From positions 1 to 64,000 of IMG/VR virus record IMGVR_UViG_3300047095_000292: DNA of 64,000 nt, one strand, 5' to 3'. The stretch comes from a virus. Under the pieces are notes generated by a model. The model did not search any database. It was given only the letters and a program-made list of their open reading frames with translations, and had not been told where the DNA came from. Positions 20,101 to 29,831 of the stretch are shown here, one piece after another; the stretch's first letter is position 1; each line of letters starts with the position of its first letter. The position numbers were made by a program, and so were the translations under genes.

Positions 20101-23100
20101 ACCATTAGACAACATAGCAGGAATATCATCCGATGTACCTGATCCTGGACCCTGTATAAAACCACCTGTGGCATAGCCAGCGGGAACAATTCCTGATGAA
20201 GATGCGCCTGAAGCAAAGAATGTACCTAGTAATTCAGATGATAAATCCTGTAATACTAATTTCTTTGTAACATCATATGAATCATTTAGATAACCGTCAT
20301 CTACGAAATCTTTAAATATATCTATATAGTTTCCTGTACGTGGATATGGTGGCATTCCTGTCTGCTTATCTAGATAGGAGCGTTGAGCAACAGCTAATCC
20401 CTTTCTAGAGAAATCGGTTATCCATTTAGCATTCTGCAAGGCATAATCAGTAGCTACCCACTCTTCATCCACAGGATTTAGTATATAAGGTACAGTTTTC
20501 ATTAGTCCTTTATACTTTTCTATATCAACATCTGATATCTTGCTAGCTAGAAAGTCTAGAGTAGTTCTCAGAGGAACACCATCAACTTCAGATACACCTT
20601 GTTTTTGTAATTCTAAATTTCTATTATATTCTTGTATAATAACATCACGTTTGATTGTATTCTTATCGATTAAATCTAATATATCAGATGGCATCCGTTT
20701 TTCAAAATCTCTTAGGTGACCTATCTCATGCATACCAATTAAATAGGCTAAATCTAGACCGTTTCCTTCAAACTGCATAGGATCCGGTATATTCAAGATG
20801 CGACTCCACCAGAAATACTTAGAGTCGGCCATATTGCCTAAATAATTTATTTGTCTAGCACCCGTTGCTCTTCCAGTCAAATCGGCTAATGCAGCATTCC
20901 TAGCATCACCTAACGGCATATCTACAAGACCGCCTTCGGCGAATTTAGCTACGCGTCCGCTATTGATAGACTCTAATAGGCTTCTATTCTTTTTAGTAGA
21001 CTTGGCATTTACAACAAATTCACCATTAGATAACAATGCTGGTATAGAATCAGAGGTCTCAGTTCCTGGACCAGTAATATGCCCACCTGATGCCTTCTTA
21101 ATAACACCCTCTGTCTGCGAATCCTTTTGCAGTACTGAGACTTGATTATTAGTAAAGAGAGCACTAAACATCTGATACTTAGAATCTATCCAATTTCCCA
21201 TTGTTGAGAATGTATCCGATATGCTTTTAGTAGTCTTTGTTAATACATTATCAGTCATTAGTACCCATAGTTCATACTGTTTGCTTGACTTACCGTCCTG
21301 TGAAACTACTTTATACTGCTCATTCAAACTCTTAAGTAGTTCAATATAAGTTTCTATGTTTGCATTTGCAGCAGGGATATTGAAACTAATATCACCGTTA
21401 GACTTCGCTGCGGATACTTGATTCTGTAAGACTTTAATTACCCGCATTGTCTCTATCATCTGAGAGTCGTATGCATCAGGTGTAAGATACGCTGTACCGC
21501 CACCACCACCGATCTTACCTACTGAAGTTCTAGATATATCCTTTGGAGGTTCTCCGGTAAGGGCAGCTAGACGTTCCTTCTTACTAGAGCCTGAGCTGTC
21601 CTTATTAGTCCACCAATCTCGCAATGCCTGTACAATAATATTAGCGCCCTGCGTCATTCCATCTACAATTGCATCTAAAAGGAAACCACCAATCATCATA
21701 GCTTCTTTTGGATTAAATATAATAGCAGCTAATAATCCGGCCATTAGAAGCATTGGAGAAGTTAGTGCAGCTATTAACATAGTAGATAATACTGCTGCAC
21801 CTGTGGCACCTACTAACTGGCCAAGGATACCACCTCCTATAATGTAGCCAATCTTACTATACTCAGGCAAGTCTAATCTATCTTTAACATGAGCTTGCCC
21901 TGCTGCAAATCCGGCATAACCTCCAACGAAACCACCTACTGCCGACAATGCTGAGATTGTACCTTGTTTAGCGGTAGACATAGATTCTGCCATCCCTGCG
22001 CGTATCTTGTCAGCATTAGATCTAACAGCGTTAAGCTCAGGTGTTAGCCTTGCTACTTCAGCCTTCGCAGAAGCTACAACAGCAGCAGATATTGCTGGAT
22101 TATTAAGTCTAGCAGTAGCGGCAGTCATAGCCTCACGATGTTGTGCTATTATAGGATTACTCAATGATACCGCAGTAGCATTAGCCTGTGTAGCCCTTGT
22201 AAGAGATTGCAATGACTGTGTATAGACTTTAGCAGCAGCAGCACGTTCAGCAGGATCTGCTGCAGCGCGTTCAGCTTGCTTTAATCTTGTTTCAATACCT
22301 GCTATTCCTGCAAAAGAGGTATTTCCAGGTATCCGATTTAATAATGGCGTACCTTTTTCTATTGCGCTAAGCTCCATCTTCTTTGCAAGGAAACCACCTA
22401 CAGTAGTAGGTGCTGATATAAACTTCATCAAGGCTGGTCCGATTGCTTCTCTATTACTTGAAGAGAATATTACAGCAATGGCACCAACTTTAAGAATCAT
22501 TTCCATTAGGCCTTGCCCAATAGCTAGAGCCTTCTCTCCTGCAGAGTTTGCGCCATCCATCAATCTAGATATAGGTCCAAATATTCCCTCGCCAAAGATG
22601 CCTATCTTAATACTATTTAGTACACTTAACATTGATTTAACAGTAGCTACAAGTGCACTAATAAGAGTATTACTATCAACATTATCAGCCAGCATTTTTG
22701 CAGTAAATGCTGCGCCGCCCACTGCTGCTAGCTTCAGCGGCATCATGGAACCTGTATAATGTGAAACCAATGCACCTACTGCGGTTGCCAAGACAGTAAT
22801 AGCTGCTCCTAGTGATACTGTAGCCTTAACCTGATCTTCAGGCTTAAAGAGACTAATTATATCATGCGCAAAAGGTCGATTCACTTCTGTTCTGTGAATA
22901 CCGAAAGGAACCTTATTTACACCATCACTGTCCTGTATTCCAACTACCTGTCTTATCTTTTTACCTGTATCAGATGTTTGTAACTTCTCTAGCTGATTTG
23001 CAACAAACGGAATATTAGAAATTTTATCAAGAAGCGCTTCATACTTTTCTTTGGTCCAAATAGCTGCAGATCTTACGAAAGCAGCAGTAGCCTCCCCAAG

Positions 23101-25251
23101 ATTAATAATACCATCATAGAGGACAGATCCTGTTGCCTTTAGTGCACTCCATGTCTTAGACAAGATACCTTCACTACTGCTAAATATCTCAGCAAGTGTA
23201 ATAATGTACTTTCCAAAAGCATCAGTTGTGGCTTTAGCATTAGCAATATTAGCAACAGAGGTCTGTTCTGTAGCAAGATTAGAGGCCAGCTGCGGTGTCT
23301 CTATTCTATCAAGTACTACAAGTTTCTTAGCCTTTCTTCGCTTTACTCTTAGTTCCTCATCTTTTGCTAATGTCTGCGCAGCTAGAGTGTCACTAAAATT
23401 ATAGGGCTTAGCCTCTTCTACCTGATCACCTGCTCCACCAACACGTGCCCTTATCATGATTCTGTTTGGATCAGGCGGCAATGCAGCTAGCGCAGCCCTT
23501 ACCTGAGCAGCTGTCATCTTGCTCCAGTCATTATTAGTACGTGTATCTTTTATTTCTTTTATCTTTGTATTAGTCTCAAGTACAGCTGGTGTTATTGTGT
23601 CATTTACCAGAGTAACTTGTTGCACAGTGGGTGTGCTATTCTCGAGCTTCTTGTCAATACTAGTTAACAATGCAGTGGCTTTTGGTGATTCAGTCACAGT
23701 AGCTGTTGCTGTATCTTCAAAGCTAGCAGCAACCGCAGAAGTTATACTATTAACAGTATTTGCATTATTTGCTGCGGTGATTTCTGCAACCTCTTTTAGC
23801 TGAGTTGCCACTATTGTTGCTGTATCCTGCACAGGTACATTTCTTATAGTAGATGTAGAAACATCTGCCATTTGTACCACTTCAGCTAATCGATCAGCTA
23901 TAATTAATGCAGCATCACGGCCTACTCCACTATTTTGTGAAGGTGCGCTAGTTGAAGTAACACCTGTCACTTTAATGTTAGCATCTCGTACTATATCTTT
24001 GAATGTGTCTTTCTTAAACAGACCTATAATACTAGTAAATTTATTAGAGAGTTTATCGAAGATAGTACCAACGTACCCGCTGAAGTCCTCAAAGGCTGAT
24101 ATAACACTACTTATAAAAGAGTTTATAAGTGCTAGCGGTGCATCTGAAAGTTTACCAAACCACTCCACAATCCCATTTACAATATCAGGGATATATGAGT
24201 GTCCAATTAACTTGTCATACAGCCAAGCAAATAGACCTTCTACCTTAGTTGTAAAATTAGTAATTAAAGCTAGTGTATCTGTTATGCCAAAATCAAATTT
24301 AAAGGTCTTTCCAGCAAAGCCGGTAAGTATATCAAAAAAGTCTAGAAACTTCTGCTGCAGACCTCCTATAAGATCCAATACAGGCATCATGGAGTGCAGC
24401 ATTTCTAGCTTAAATGTCTTAGTATCTCTTAAGATTCGCAGTCCGAAGTCTGCAACACCTTTGGCAATATTATTCAAGAATACAGCTATCGGATTATTAG
24501 TGCCAAGAACTTGAAACAGCACTTGACTCCATACAGTCATAGCATTACCCATGTTGTTAAACATAGATGCAAAAGTTACCATCTCTTGCATGTTAGACCG
24601 TATTGCACCGGATTGCTTTAGAATGGCATCAAAGATCTGAGAAGAAGTTAACTTACCTTCTTGACCAAGTGCTCTTAACTTAGCAAATGGGACGTCCATC
24701 CCTCTTGAGATAACACGCGCGAGTTCTGGAATGTTTTCTAAAATTGACCTAAGTTCATCACCTTGCAGTACGCCAGAGCTAAGTGCCTGACCTAGCTGCA
24801 TCACACCTGCAGATGCCTGCTGCGCACCAACACCCGATTGCTTAATAACTAATGCAACGTTTTGAGTAACTTTTAAGGCCTCACTTTGTGTTGCTCCTAG
24901 TGCTTCGGATGCTCTGTTCAACTTAATAAACAGATCACCAATATCCTCAATAGCTGCCCCTGCTTCTACTGCAGTCCTCGCAACGTCCTTAAATGAGCCC
25001 ATTGCACCTGCGGCACTTTTATTAACGCTAAGTAACCTGGCGTTTAGAACAGTTAACTTGTCTGACATATTTACAATAGCAGTTGTGCCTATTGCGAACA
25101 TTGCAATATTCTTAACAGTATTCATCAAGTTGCTGAAACTCATAGACGTTTTGTCTACAGTTCCTGCAATACTTGATACAGCCATTTCTAATTTCTTTAA
25201 GTCAGATTCAGCTTTTTGCGTATTTGCTTGTACATCAATCTGTAGTGCCAT
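17131..25251 (-). CDS. Tape measure protein (2706 aa) with HEXXH-type and lytic transglycosylase-like inserts
   Basis: QLGQALSSGVLQGDELRSILEN tape-measure domain; 4 GPGS/TxTSDxIPAxLSNGE repeats; MHEIGH; TERSG...GAVGTAQI...AAVYHGG. Confidence 0.92.
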   Translation of the reverse strand: MALQIDVQANTQKAESDLKKLEMAVSSIAGTVDKTSMSFSNLMNTVKNIAMFAIGTTAIVNMSDKLTVLNARLLSVNKSAAGAMGSFKDVARTAVEAGAAIEDIGDLFIKLNRASEALGATQSEALKVTQNVALVIKQSGVGAQQASAGVMQLGQALSSGVLQGDELRSILENIPELARVISRGMDVPFAKLRALGQEGKLTSSQIFDAILKQSGAIRSNMQEMVTFASMFNNMGNAMTVWSQVLFQVLGTNNPIAVFLNNIAKGVADFGLRILRDTKTFKLEMLHSMMPVLDLIGGLQQKFLDFFDILTGFAGKTFKFDFGITDTLALITNFTTKVEGLFAWLYDKLIGHSYIPDIVNGIVEWFGKLSDAPLALINSFISSVISAFEDFSGYVGTIFDKLSNKFTSIIGLFKKDTFKDIVRDANIKVTGVTSTSAPSQNSGVGRDAALIIADRLAEVVQMADVSTSTIRNVPVQDTATIVATQLKEVAEITAANNANTVNSITSAVAASFEDTATATVTESPKATALLTSIDKKLENSTPTVQQVTLVNDTITPAVLETNTKIKEIKDTRTNNDWSKMTAAQVRAALAALPPDPNRIMIRARVGGAGDQVEEAKPYNFSDTLAAQTLAKDEELRVKRRKAKKLVVLDRIETPQLASNLATEQTSVANIANAKATTDAFGKYIITLAEIFSSSEGILSKTWSALKATGSVLYDGIINLGEATAAFVRSAAIWTKEKYEALLDKISNIPFVANQLEKLQTSDTGKKIRQVVGIQDSDGVNKVPFGIHRTEVNRPFAHDIISLFKPEDQVKATVSLGAAITVLATAVGALVSHYTGSMMPLKLAAVGGAAFTAKMLADNVDSNTLISALVATVKSMLSVLNSIKIGIFGEGIFGPISRLMDGANSAGEKALAIGQGLMEMILKVGAIAVIFSSSNREAIGPALMKFISAPTTVGGFLAKKMELSAIEKGTPLLNRIPGNTSFAGIAGIETRLKQAERAAADPAERAAAAKVYTQSLQSLTRATQANATAVSLSNPIIAQHREAMTAATARLNNPAISAAVVASAKAEVARLTPELNAVRSNADKIRAGMAESMSTAKQGTISALSAVGGFVGGYAGFAAGQAHVKDRLDLPEYSKIGYIIGGGILGQLVGATGAAVLSTMLIAALTSPMLLMAGLLAAIIFNPKEAMMIGGFLLDAIVDGMTQGANIIVQALRDWWTNKDSSGSSKKERLAALTGEPPKDISRTSVGKIGGGGGTAYLTPDAYDSQMIETMRVIKVLQNQVSAAKSNGDISFNIPAANANIETYIELLKSLNEQYKVVSQDGKSSKQYELWVLMTDNVLTKTTKSISDTFSTMGNWIDSKYQMFSALFTNNQVSVLQKDSQTEGVIKKASGGHITGPGTETSDSIPALLSNGEFVVNAKSTKKNRSLLESINSGRVAKFAEGGLVDMPLGDARNAALADLTGRATGARQINYLGNMADSKYFWWSRILNIPDPMQFEGNGLDLAYLIGMHEIGHLRDFEKRMPSDILDLIDKNTIKRDVIIQEYNRNLELQKQGVSEVDGVPLRTTLDFLASKISDVDIEKYKGLMKTVPYILNPVDEEWVATDYALQNAKWITDFSRKGLAVAQRSYLDKQTGMPPYPRTGNYIDIFKDFVDDGYLNDSYDVTKKLVLQDLSSELLGTFFASGASSSGIVPAGYATGGFIQGPGSGTSDDIPAMLSNGEFVVNAKSAKKNRALLDSINSGISFSKFSTGSPTASTPEDIKLLFKAILGTERSGPEAISEKGAVGTAQIIKKTFDGVNKEFFRGSLSFEIEADRVKAALRHVEDLSSKYNGNVTKIAAVYHGGPNALDAVGNIKPGYKEHLENGGGTKTTDYADSVLKKYALLKGNESKSDEPATIAEKVKSKIAKATALFDGIGDALMSGDLEKAASLFKTAAVTVFGKMTEGLGNMMKGDPGLFAFETTDKMAEELSKQSKSINRGEGNLGLASIDIKLPENITAEMINTMISNKSLDQINNQYNELKGSLALYNKTVDELTVKLKAQSVPTEQITEALNKEAKFRLAAEGLASAAASYKDLIEVKGSKPTINNGPNLSQFGVPGLTFDSLYQKLGEKEYKATLNLMSMKEDYNKRIENPKLPAWERTLYTNAVKDINELLEKTKEGLIDGEKGWMANLPRISAESKAAAGAVTRSFTEGLSAGLKELVKGKITFKTFMTQQIDSFTAKILESAVDGLTKQIFGSTANNMLDFVFGSVRDLGVRVGGGEPIRKTDAGSAVKLVETSSDSVVTAIDNAAGDTSMALSAAGKDIESGNGGLLATLSRLGISVKNALFDALKGVGGFFGIGLGEGESSGLGKMLDNVGGWFKNSFGFASGGPISGPGSGTSDSIPAMLSNGEFVVNANATARNKALLHAINNGNVAHFAEGGEALAAIPSIAASPAVANLSSNVGIADINKPISLLSDNINTVNQSLEEKTQMLANGINTTIEGTIKGFQTVDKTIEHLSMSIQQQQIDNAKYEADNMQIPEGGWSFGSLLGLGVSLAGIAFKGGMFGGGSQLSSIGTPQGGFTANTLDTYTNPIFSSGAPVRLHAAGGSIYGPGSGTSDSIPAMLSNGEYVVNAVAASKYRNLLENINNNSIARFADGGLVGADVLAPALGSLGNVKESNKEPITQTSVFNINITGDISRQTRSEIQKMLPEIAVGVGQVNRERGSKR

Positions 25252-25280
25252 TATCTTTCCTCTCGGACGTAATTATCAAC

Positions 25281-25607
25281 TCACGTAGTTTCTTTAACAA
25301 TTACGCCAGCAGGTTTTCCATATGCTAACGCTGTTTTTTCAATGAAGTAAGCCGGTGCCTGCTTTGAGGAACCTCTATTCAGATATGGCAGATATTCTGC
25401 GTCATTCTTTACTTCATACTTCATAGAACCAATCTTACGGTAGATCCATCTAGACTTAGCATACCCTGTATCTATAGGTGTATTCTCAATAAGTTTAGTA
25501 TTCAACAGCTTTACTTTTGTTTCTACCTTAGAGTCTATATCAGATAAGTAATCCCTCTTAAGGTCAGCTAGTACTTTTGCAACATTATTCACAGATATTG
25601 AAAACAT
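25281..25607 (-). CDS. HK97 gp10-like tail completion protein
   Basis: TPIDTGYAKSRW...NDAEYLPYLNRGSSKQAPAYFIE; GGAGG RBS before ATG 25607. Confidence 0.8.
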   Translation of the reverse strand: MFSISVNNVAKVLADLKRDYLSDIDSKVETKVKLLNTKLIENTPIDTGYAKSRWIYRKIGSMKYEVKNDAEYLPYLNRGSSKQAPAYFIEKTALAYGKPAGVIVKETT

Positions 25608-25661
25608 ATAGCCTCCTTTTAAAATTAAACCCAAATGTCATTAAAGACACTTGGGTATGGT

Positions 25662-26018
25662 TTACTTATCAATTATATCTATTTTATCACCACCTACTGC
25701 GCCTACTATCTTTGAAAAGAATGCAGACTTTCTTAGGCTTACAGCTAAGTCACTTTCTTTGTTATTCGCGCGAAGTGCAGCTAAACTAGGAAAGACTTCA
25801 TCAGCCTTTATCTTAGCACCGCTGGCCAGTAATAGCATGGAGGTTCTATTATCTTCCCTCCAGCCTATCGGCCTTTTCTTAAAGTAATCAAACCAGCCTA
25901 GGATTTCCTCGTATGACATACTCGCATACACATCTGATACTGGAATCCGTAAATTATAAGCTAGCTCGAATAACTCTATATCTTCCCTAGAAAGATTTAC
26001 TTCGCTTCTTTGTTTCCC
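25662..26018 (-). CDS. Tail assembly chaperone GT extension (-1 frameshift product)
   Basis: -1 frame is open from slippery GGGAAAC to the stop at 25662. Confidence 0.8.
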   Translation of the reverse strand, partial: GKQRSEVNLSREDIELFELAYNLRIPVSDVYASMSYEEILGWFDYFKKRPIGWREDNRTSMLLLASGAKIKADEVFPSLAALRANNKESDLAVSLRKSAFFSKIVGAVGGDKIDIIDK

Positions 26019-26347
26019 AAGCCAGAATATTTCATAATCTCATTAGATAGAGTAGTTAGCTCATCCATTGGGAATTCATACAACTGCTCTGCGGTAAGCT
26101 CTGAAAGTTCTTTAGCACCTTCCTGCACAACAATAGATAGTAACTTAAGATTCTCAGTCTCTGATGCATTCTCTTCAAGCACCTTAGCCTGAGCCTGAAT
26201 ACGCATAACCTGCGTAATGGTAAGCTTACAGATGTCAAGATCTTGACCCATAAACTTTGTCTTCTTAGTTACTTTAGTACCAACGAAACGATTTTCAGCC
26301 ATTTTCTTTTCCTGTTCACCTGGGAGATTGAATTTAGGAGCAGTCAT
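25997..26347 (-). CDS. Tail assembly chaperone G (alternative start 26302)
   Basis: Between tail tube and tape measure; ends with slippery site. Confidence 0.85.
   Translation of the reverse strand: MTAPKFNLPGEQEKKMAENRFVGTKVTKKTKFMGQDLDICKLTITQVMRIQAQAKVLEENASETENLKLLSIVVQEGAKELSELTAEQLYEFPMDELTTLSNEIMKYSGLGNKEAK
26012..26018 (-). other. Programmed -1 ribosomal frameshift site G GGA AAC
   Basis: XXXYYYZ heptamer 4 codons before the chaperone stop, in the canonical lambda G/GT position. Confidence 0.85.
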
Positions 26348-26348
26348 G

Positions 26349-26585
26349 TTACACTCCTGAGAATTCCTCTTTATTGTTTAATTGAAAGTCATCAATTTGT
26401 TTACGCATAGCATGTAGCTGTGATAGCGTTGAAAAGACTTCCTTAGATTTTTCTTGATTACCATCAAACTCGGCAATACGTTCAAATGTCTTACGAATAC
26501 TAATTTCAATGCTCTTACGCATATGTTTAGCAGTAGTACGTAGAACGTAGCCTTGACTGAATGGCTTAGCTTCTTTATCAGCCAT
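26349..26585 (-). CDS. Hypothetical protein in tail module
   Basis: 78-aa ORF with AAGGA RBS. Confidence 0.7.
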   Translation of the reverse strand: MADKEAKPFSQGYVLRTTAKHMRKSIEISIRKTFERIAEFDGNQEKSKEVFSTLSQLHAMRKQIDDFQLNNKEEFSGV

Positions 26586-26688
26586 GATTTCCTTTTAATA
26601 TAGCAATGTAGAACGATGATTAAGGGCACAGTTTATTGTCGTTTGAGAATAGGCGATACTACTGGCCACTCCCCTTAAAATTTATAGA

Positions 26689-27264
26689 TTAGGCGTAAGT
26701 GAATGCACCGTAGAAGTCAGAGCTAATTGACAGCGTCAGGGTTGCAGTAATTGCATCTGTCAGTGTTGGCTTAACTAAGATAGCTTCCATCTTACCTACC
26801 CAATAGTACACGGTGTGCTCTTTACTACCGTAGCCTACAGCAGAGCTTGCCCAGGTAGCGCCAGCGCCAGGGTCAGCGCCTAGCAATGAGAAACGGAATG
26901 CACGAGTTACACCGTCGCCTACCATTGCACCATAACCTGTAGTCCTATCCCAATCACTTGCGACAAAGTTTAGGTTAATCTGAAGCTGCGGAGCATCAGC
27001 TTGGCCTTGAATGGTCTTTGACTGCTTCTGACCATATACAGGAACCTTGACGATGTTCGGAGGAGTGCCCATTTCAGGGAAATCACGAACGTTAGTAATA
27101 CGGACAAAGCCACCAGCTACCGGAGTAGACAGAGGTGATGCGTCAAGTGAAGTGAAAAGTGCAGCAAAGCCAGTACTGTCATAAGTTACAGGAACAGTAG
27201 CAGTACCAACTGCTACGGAAAGGTCAGAGAACAGACCAGCGCCGATTGAAGAAATATGTGCCAT
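26689..27264 (-). CDS. Major tail tube protein
   Basis: VRDFPEMGTPPNIVKVPVYGQ...IQGQADAP; position; codon bias of a highly expressed gene. Confidence 0.85.
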   Translation of the reverse strand: MAHISSIGAGLFSDLSVAVGTATVPVTYDSTGFAALFTSLDASPLSTPVAGGFVRITNVRDFPEMGTPPNIVKVPVYGQKQSKTIQGQADAPQLQINLNFVASDWDRTTGYGAMVGDGVTRAFRFSLLGADPGAGATWASSAVGYGSKEHTVYYWVGKMEAILVKPTLTDAITATLTLSISSDFYGAFTYA

Positions 27265-27269
27265 TTGTG

Positions 27270-27683
27270 TTAAACTCCAAAATAATTAAAAGGTATAGAA
27301 TAATGAAAACGATAAAGTGAAGCATTATCTCTATCATTTCCAAGAGGGGACATTGCACTTATCCCGAACTGTGTATTTCCATTCGAAGTAAGTTTCTTGC
27401 TTTGTCCCGCTAGATATTTGTCTAGCTTATCTGCAATTGTAGCAGCCCTTCTAGGGCCAGCTCCAGCAGGTATAAATATATCTATAATCAACAATCCTGA
27501 AACAGATCCGATTCTCTTATCGCCAGTGTTACCGCTGGCAACAATATTTACTCTTACATATTCATCACCAACAACACTTCCTACAAAGTTCTCAGGAAAT
27601 GTCTTAATGTTTTCTGCCTTCCATCCCGCGAGATCAAAGATTGCATAAATGTCACCATACAGTGAACTGTACTTATCAGCCAT
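27270..27683 (-). CDS. Tail terminator protein
   Basis: GLLIIDIFIPAGAGPRRAATIADKL; position. Confidence 0.75.
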   Translation of the reverse strand: MADKYSSLYGDIYAIFDLAGWKAENIKTFPENFVGSVVGDEYVRVNIVASGNTGDKRIGSVSGLLIIDIFIPAGAGPRRAATIADKLDKYLAGQSKKLTSNGNTQFGISAMSPLGNDRDNASLYRFHYSIPFNYFGV

Positions 27684-28066
27684 TATGCCTCCTTTGCTAC
27701 ATTAACAGTTATAATATACCCGTCATCTTTATAAGGCGGTACCATCCTCCAGACATCTCCATTGGCCATCGTAATAGTATCGTAGATATCAGGGTTTTGC
27801 AGATCCACTGACTGAAACTGAAACGACATACCCATAGAAGAGCCTAAATTAGATCCGCTCTGTTGACTGTTATCATTTCTCTGTCGCTTTTGCTCCACTA
27901 GAAGACCTTTTATTGTCTTCGTTACTGTACTAGTAGCTGTGACTGCATCAGTGCCAAAATTATATGCGGTATTATTCTTTTGTGTCAATGTAACATTAGA
28001 AGCAAGATCTTTAACAGCATTAAATGCTTTCTTAATCTGCGTCTTGATCATGCTATTGTAACCCAT
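27683..28066 (-). CDS. Head closure/stopper protein
   Basis: Position after adaptor; beta-rich, 127 aa. Confidence 0.65.
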   Translation of the reverse strand: MGYNSMIKTQIKKAFNAVKDLASNVTLTQKNNTAYNFGTDAVTATSTVTKTIKGLLVEQKRQRNDNSQQSGSNLGSSMGMSFQFQSVDLQNPDIYDTITMANGDVWRMVPPYKDDGYIITVNVAKEA

Positions 28067-28545
28067 TAGTTAGCCCTCCACCAGCTATTAGCGCCAGCGT
28101 TAACTAGTAATGGTTTGATCAATCGGCGAACGTTTGCCGGAATCAGACTAGGTGGAATGATTGTTGTAAGAGCAACTGAGCCTACCTTAAGATCATTTAC
28201 AACACCGGTATCATCAAGCAAACCATCATTTAAAAGCATATGATGTGCAAGCTCAATATTAGCAGTTATAATACGACTTGGTACCTCAGTCTCTGACAGA
28301 GTAATATTAGTACCAAGACGTGGATCGAAGTAATAGGCAGAACGCGGAAAAGCTAAAGGTTGTGATTCACCTATGGCTGTGCCTGCCCAAGATTGATCAT
28401 TCAATACACTTGCAGCAGTGACCAATGCTTGAGCTTTGGTGGCAGCGTCTGCTGATGTCCATGCTGCTACATCAAGACGATCCGCAAAGTAAGTATCAGC
28501 TTCAGCCACAGTAGCGTATGAATTTGTTCCTTTGGATAGAGCCAT
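28066..28545 (-). CDS. Head-tail adaptor (DnaT-like family)
   Basis: NSYATVAEADTYF...QPLAFPR. Confidence 0.85.
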   Translation of the reverse strand: MALSKGTNSYATVAEADTYFADRLDVAAWTSADAATKAQALVTAASVLNDQSWAGTAIGESQPLAFPRSAYYFDPRLGTNITLSETEVPSRIITANIELAHHMLLNDGLLDDTGVVNDLKVGSVALTTIIPPSLIPANVRRLIKPLLVNAGANSWWRAN

Positions 28546-28562
28546 AGGTGTTTCCTTTAATC

Positions 28563-29819
28563 TTAGGAGTGGAACACTGGCAGAATGCCAAGACTTAGAG
28601 CAGAACTGGCCTTACGCTTCCAAGTACCGGAAGTAGTGGTAGTCATTGCAGTCAGGTCAGTCAGCAGCTGAGGCATAGAAGCAGCGATAGCACCGGCAGT
28701 GTGCACATCGGTAGTTGCAGGAGTACCACCAGTACAGCCTGCGGTATCAACCACGTAACCATAATGTGCATCTGACGGGAACTGAGTCGTTAGACCGTTC
28801 CAATCGTAACCGCCTGGATGTGCAACATAACCCCAACGATACCAGATGTCGGTAGTACCACCACCACCATATGCGCGAGCATCACGATAGATTTCAACTG
28901 GAGTAGGAACAGCCAGTGATTCCATAGCAATAGAGCCAGGCAGTACGATGAAGGAGGTCTTAGTACCAACGATATCAACACCAGCACCAGCATTAAGCTT
29001 AGCTAGTTGTGCAGTGCTAAAACTCTGAGCAGCACGAGTCTGGATCAGACGGAACTTACCACCGAAGATAGTGTCAAAAGTGACATTGGCTTCAGTTACT
29101 TTGGTCTCATCTACTAGATTAGCTGAACGCAATGATGCGAGCGTCTCTGGACTAACAACTAGATAAGCAAAGTCTGGCTCGTAGTCTTTCCATGCCATAC
29201 CGACAGCATTCAGGAAGCCTTCTGCACGAGCAGCACCTTGGATAGCAGTAGTAGCGGCAATAACAGGTTGAGCAGCACCGAGGTCCACGTAAAAGCCATA
29301 CTTCATATCAGTAGGATCATTGGTGAAGCTTTGACCACCTAGACCAGTTGCGGTAGAACCAGTAGCAGTACCATATAGAGCTTCGGAGGTTGCTACACCT
29401 TTCAGAACAGCAAGAATAGCATTGTGCTCATCCTGTGAACGAGTCTCACCGAAGTCACGACCAATCTTGGCCAGACCATCAACCTGAGTAATAACTTGCT
29501 GCATATTTACTTGGTTAGCGCCATGCGTACGGACAGTCTTGACATAGGTCGAGAAATCTGACGTGTAGTTAGTAGCAACACCAGCAGTAGAGGCGGTCAG
29601 TGAAGCAACGTTAATGGTAGGGTTAATTGGCTTGAACCAACGAACTTGTCCAATGAAGGTCTCAGTGGAAGTGTCAATGTTAGGGTTCGGGCCAACAATA
29701 CCTGTGCCTGAAAGCTTCTTTGCATTGGTATAAGCCTCGTCACTATAAGCACCAATAGCTGCTTGTAGAGCATAGGTGTTATTACTAGGGGATGCTGCTT
29801 GGGTGTAAATTTGAGCCAT
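28563..29819 (-). CDS. Major capsid protein
   Basis: 418 aa after scaffold; strong codon bias; VEIYRDA...GGGTTDIWYRWGYVAHP. Confidence 0.85.
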   Translation of the reverse strand: MAQIYTQAASPSNNTYALQAAIGAYSDEAYTNAKKLSGTGIVGPNPNIDTSTETFIGQVRWFKPINPTINVASLTASTAGVATNYTSDFSTYVKTVRTHGANQVNMQQVITQVDGLAKIGRDFGETRSQDEHNAILAVLKGVATSEALYGTATGSTATGLGGQSFTNDPTDMKYGFYVDLGAAQPVIAATTAIQGAARAEGFLNAVGMAWKDYEPDFAYLVVSPETLASLRSANLVDETKVTEANVTFDTIFGGKFRLIQTRAAQSFSTAQLAKLNAGAGVDIVGTKTSFIVLPGSIAMESLAVPTPVEIYRDARAYGGGGTTDIWYRWGYVAHPGGYDWNGLTTQFPSDAHYGYVVDTAGCTGGTPATTDVHTAGAIAASMPQLLTDLTAMTTTTSGTWKRKASSALSLGILPVFHS

Positions 29820-29831
29820 TTTAATTCCTTG

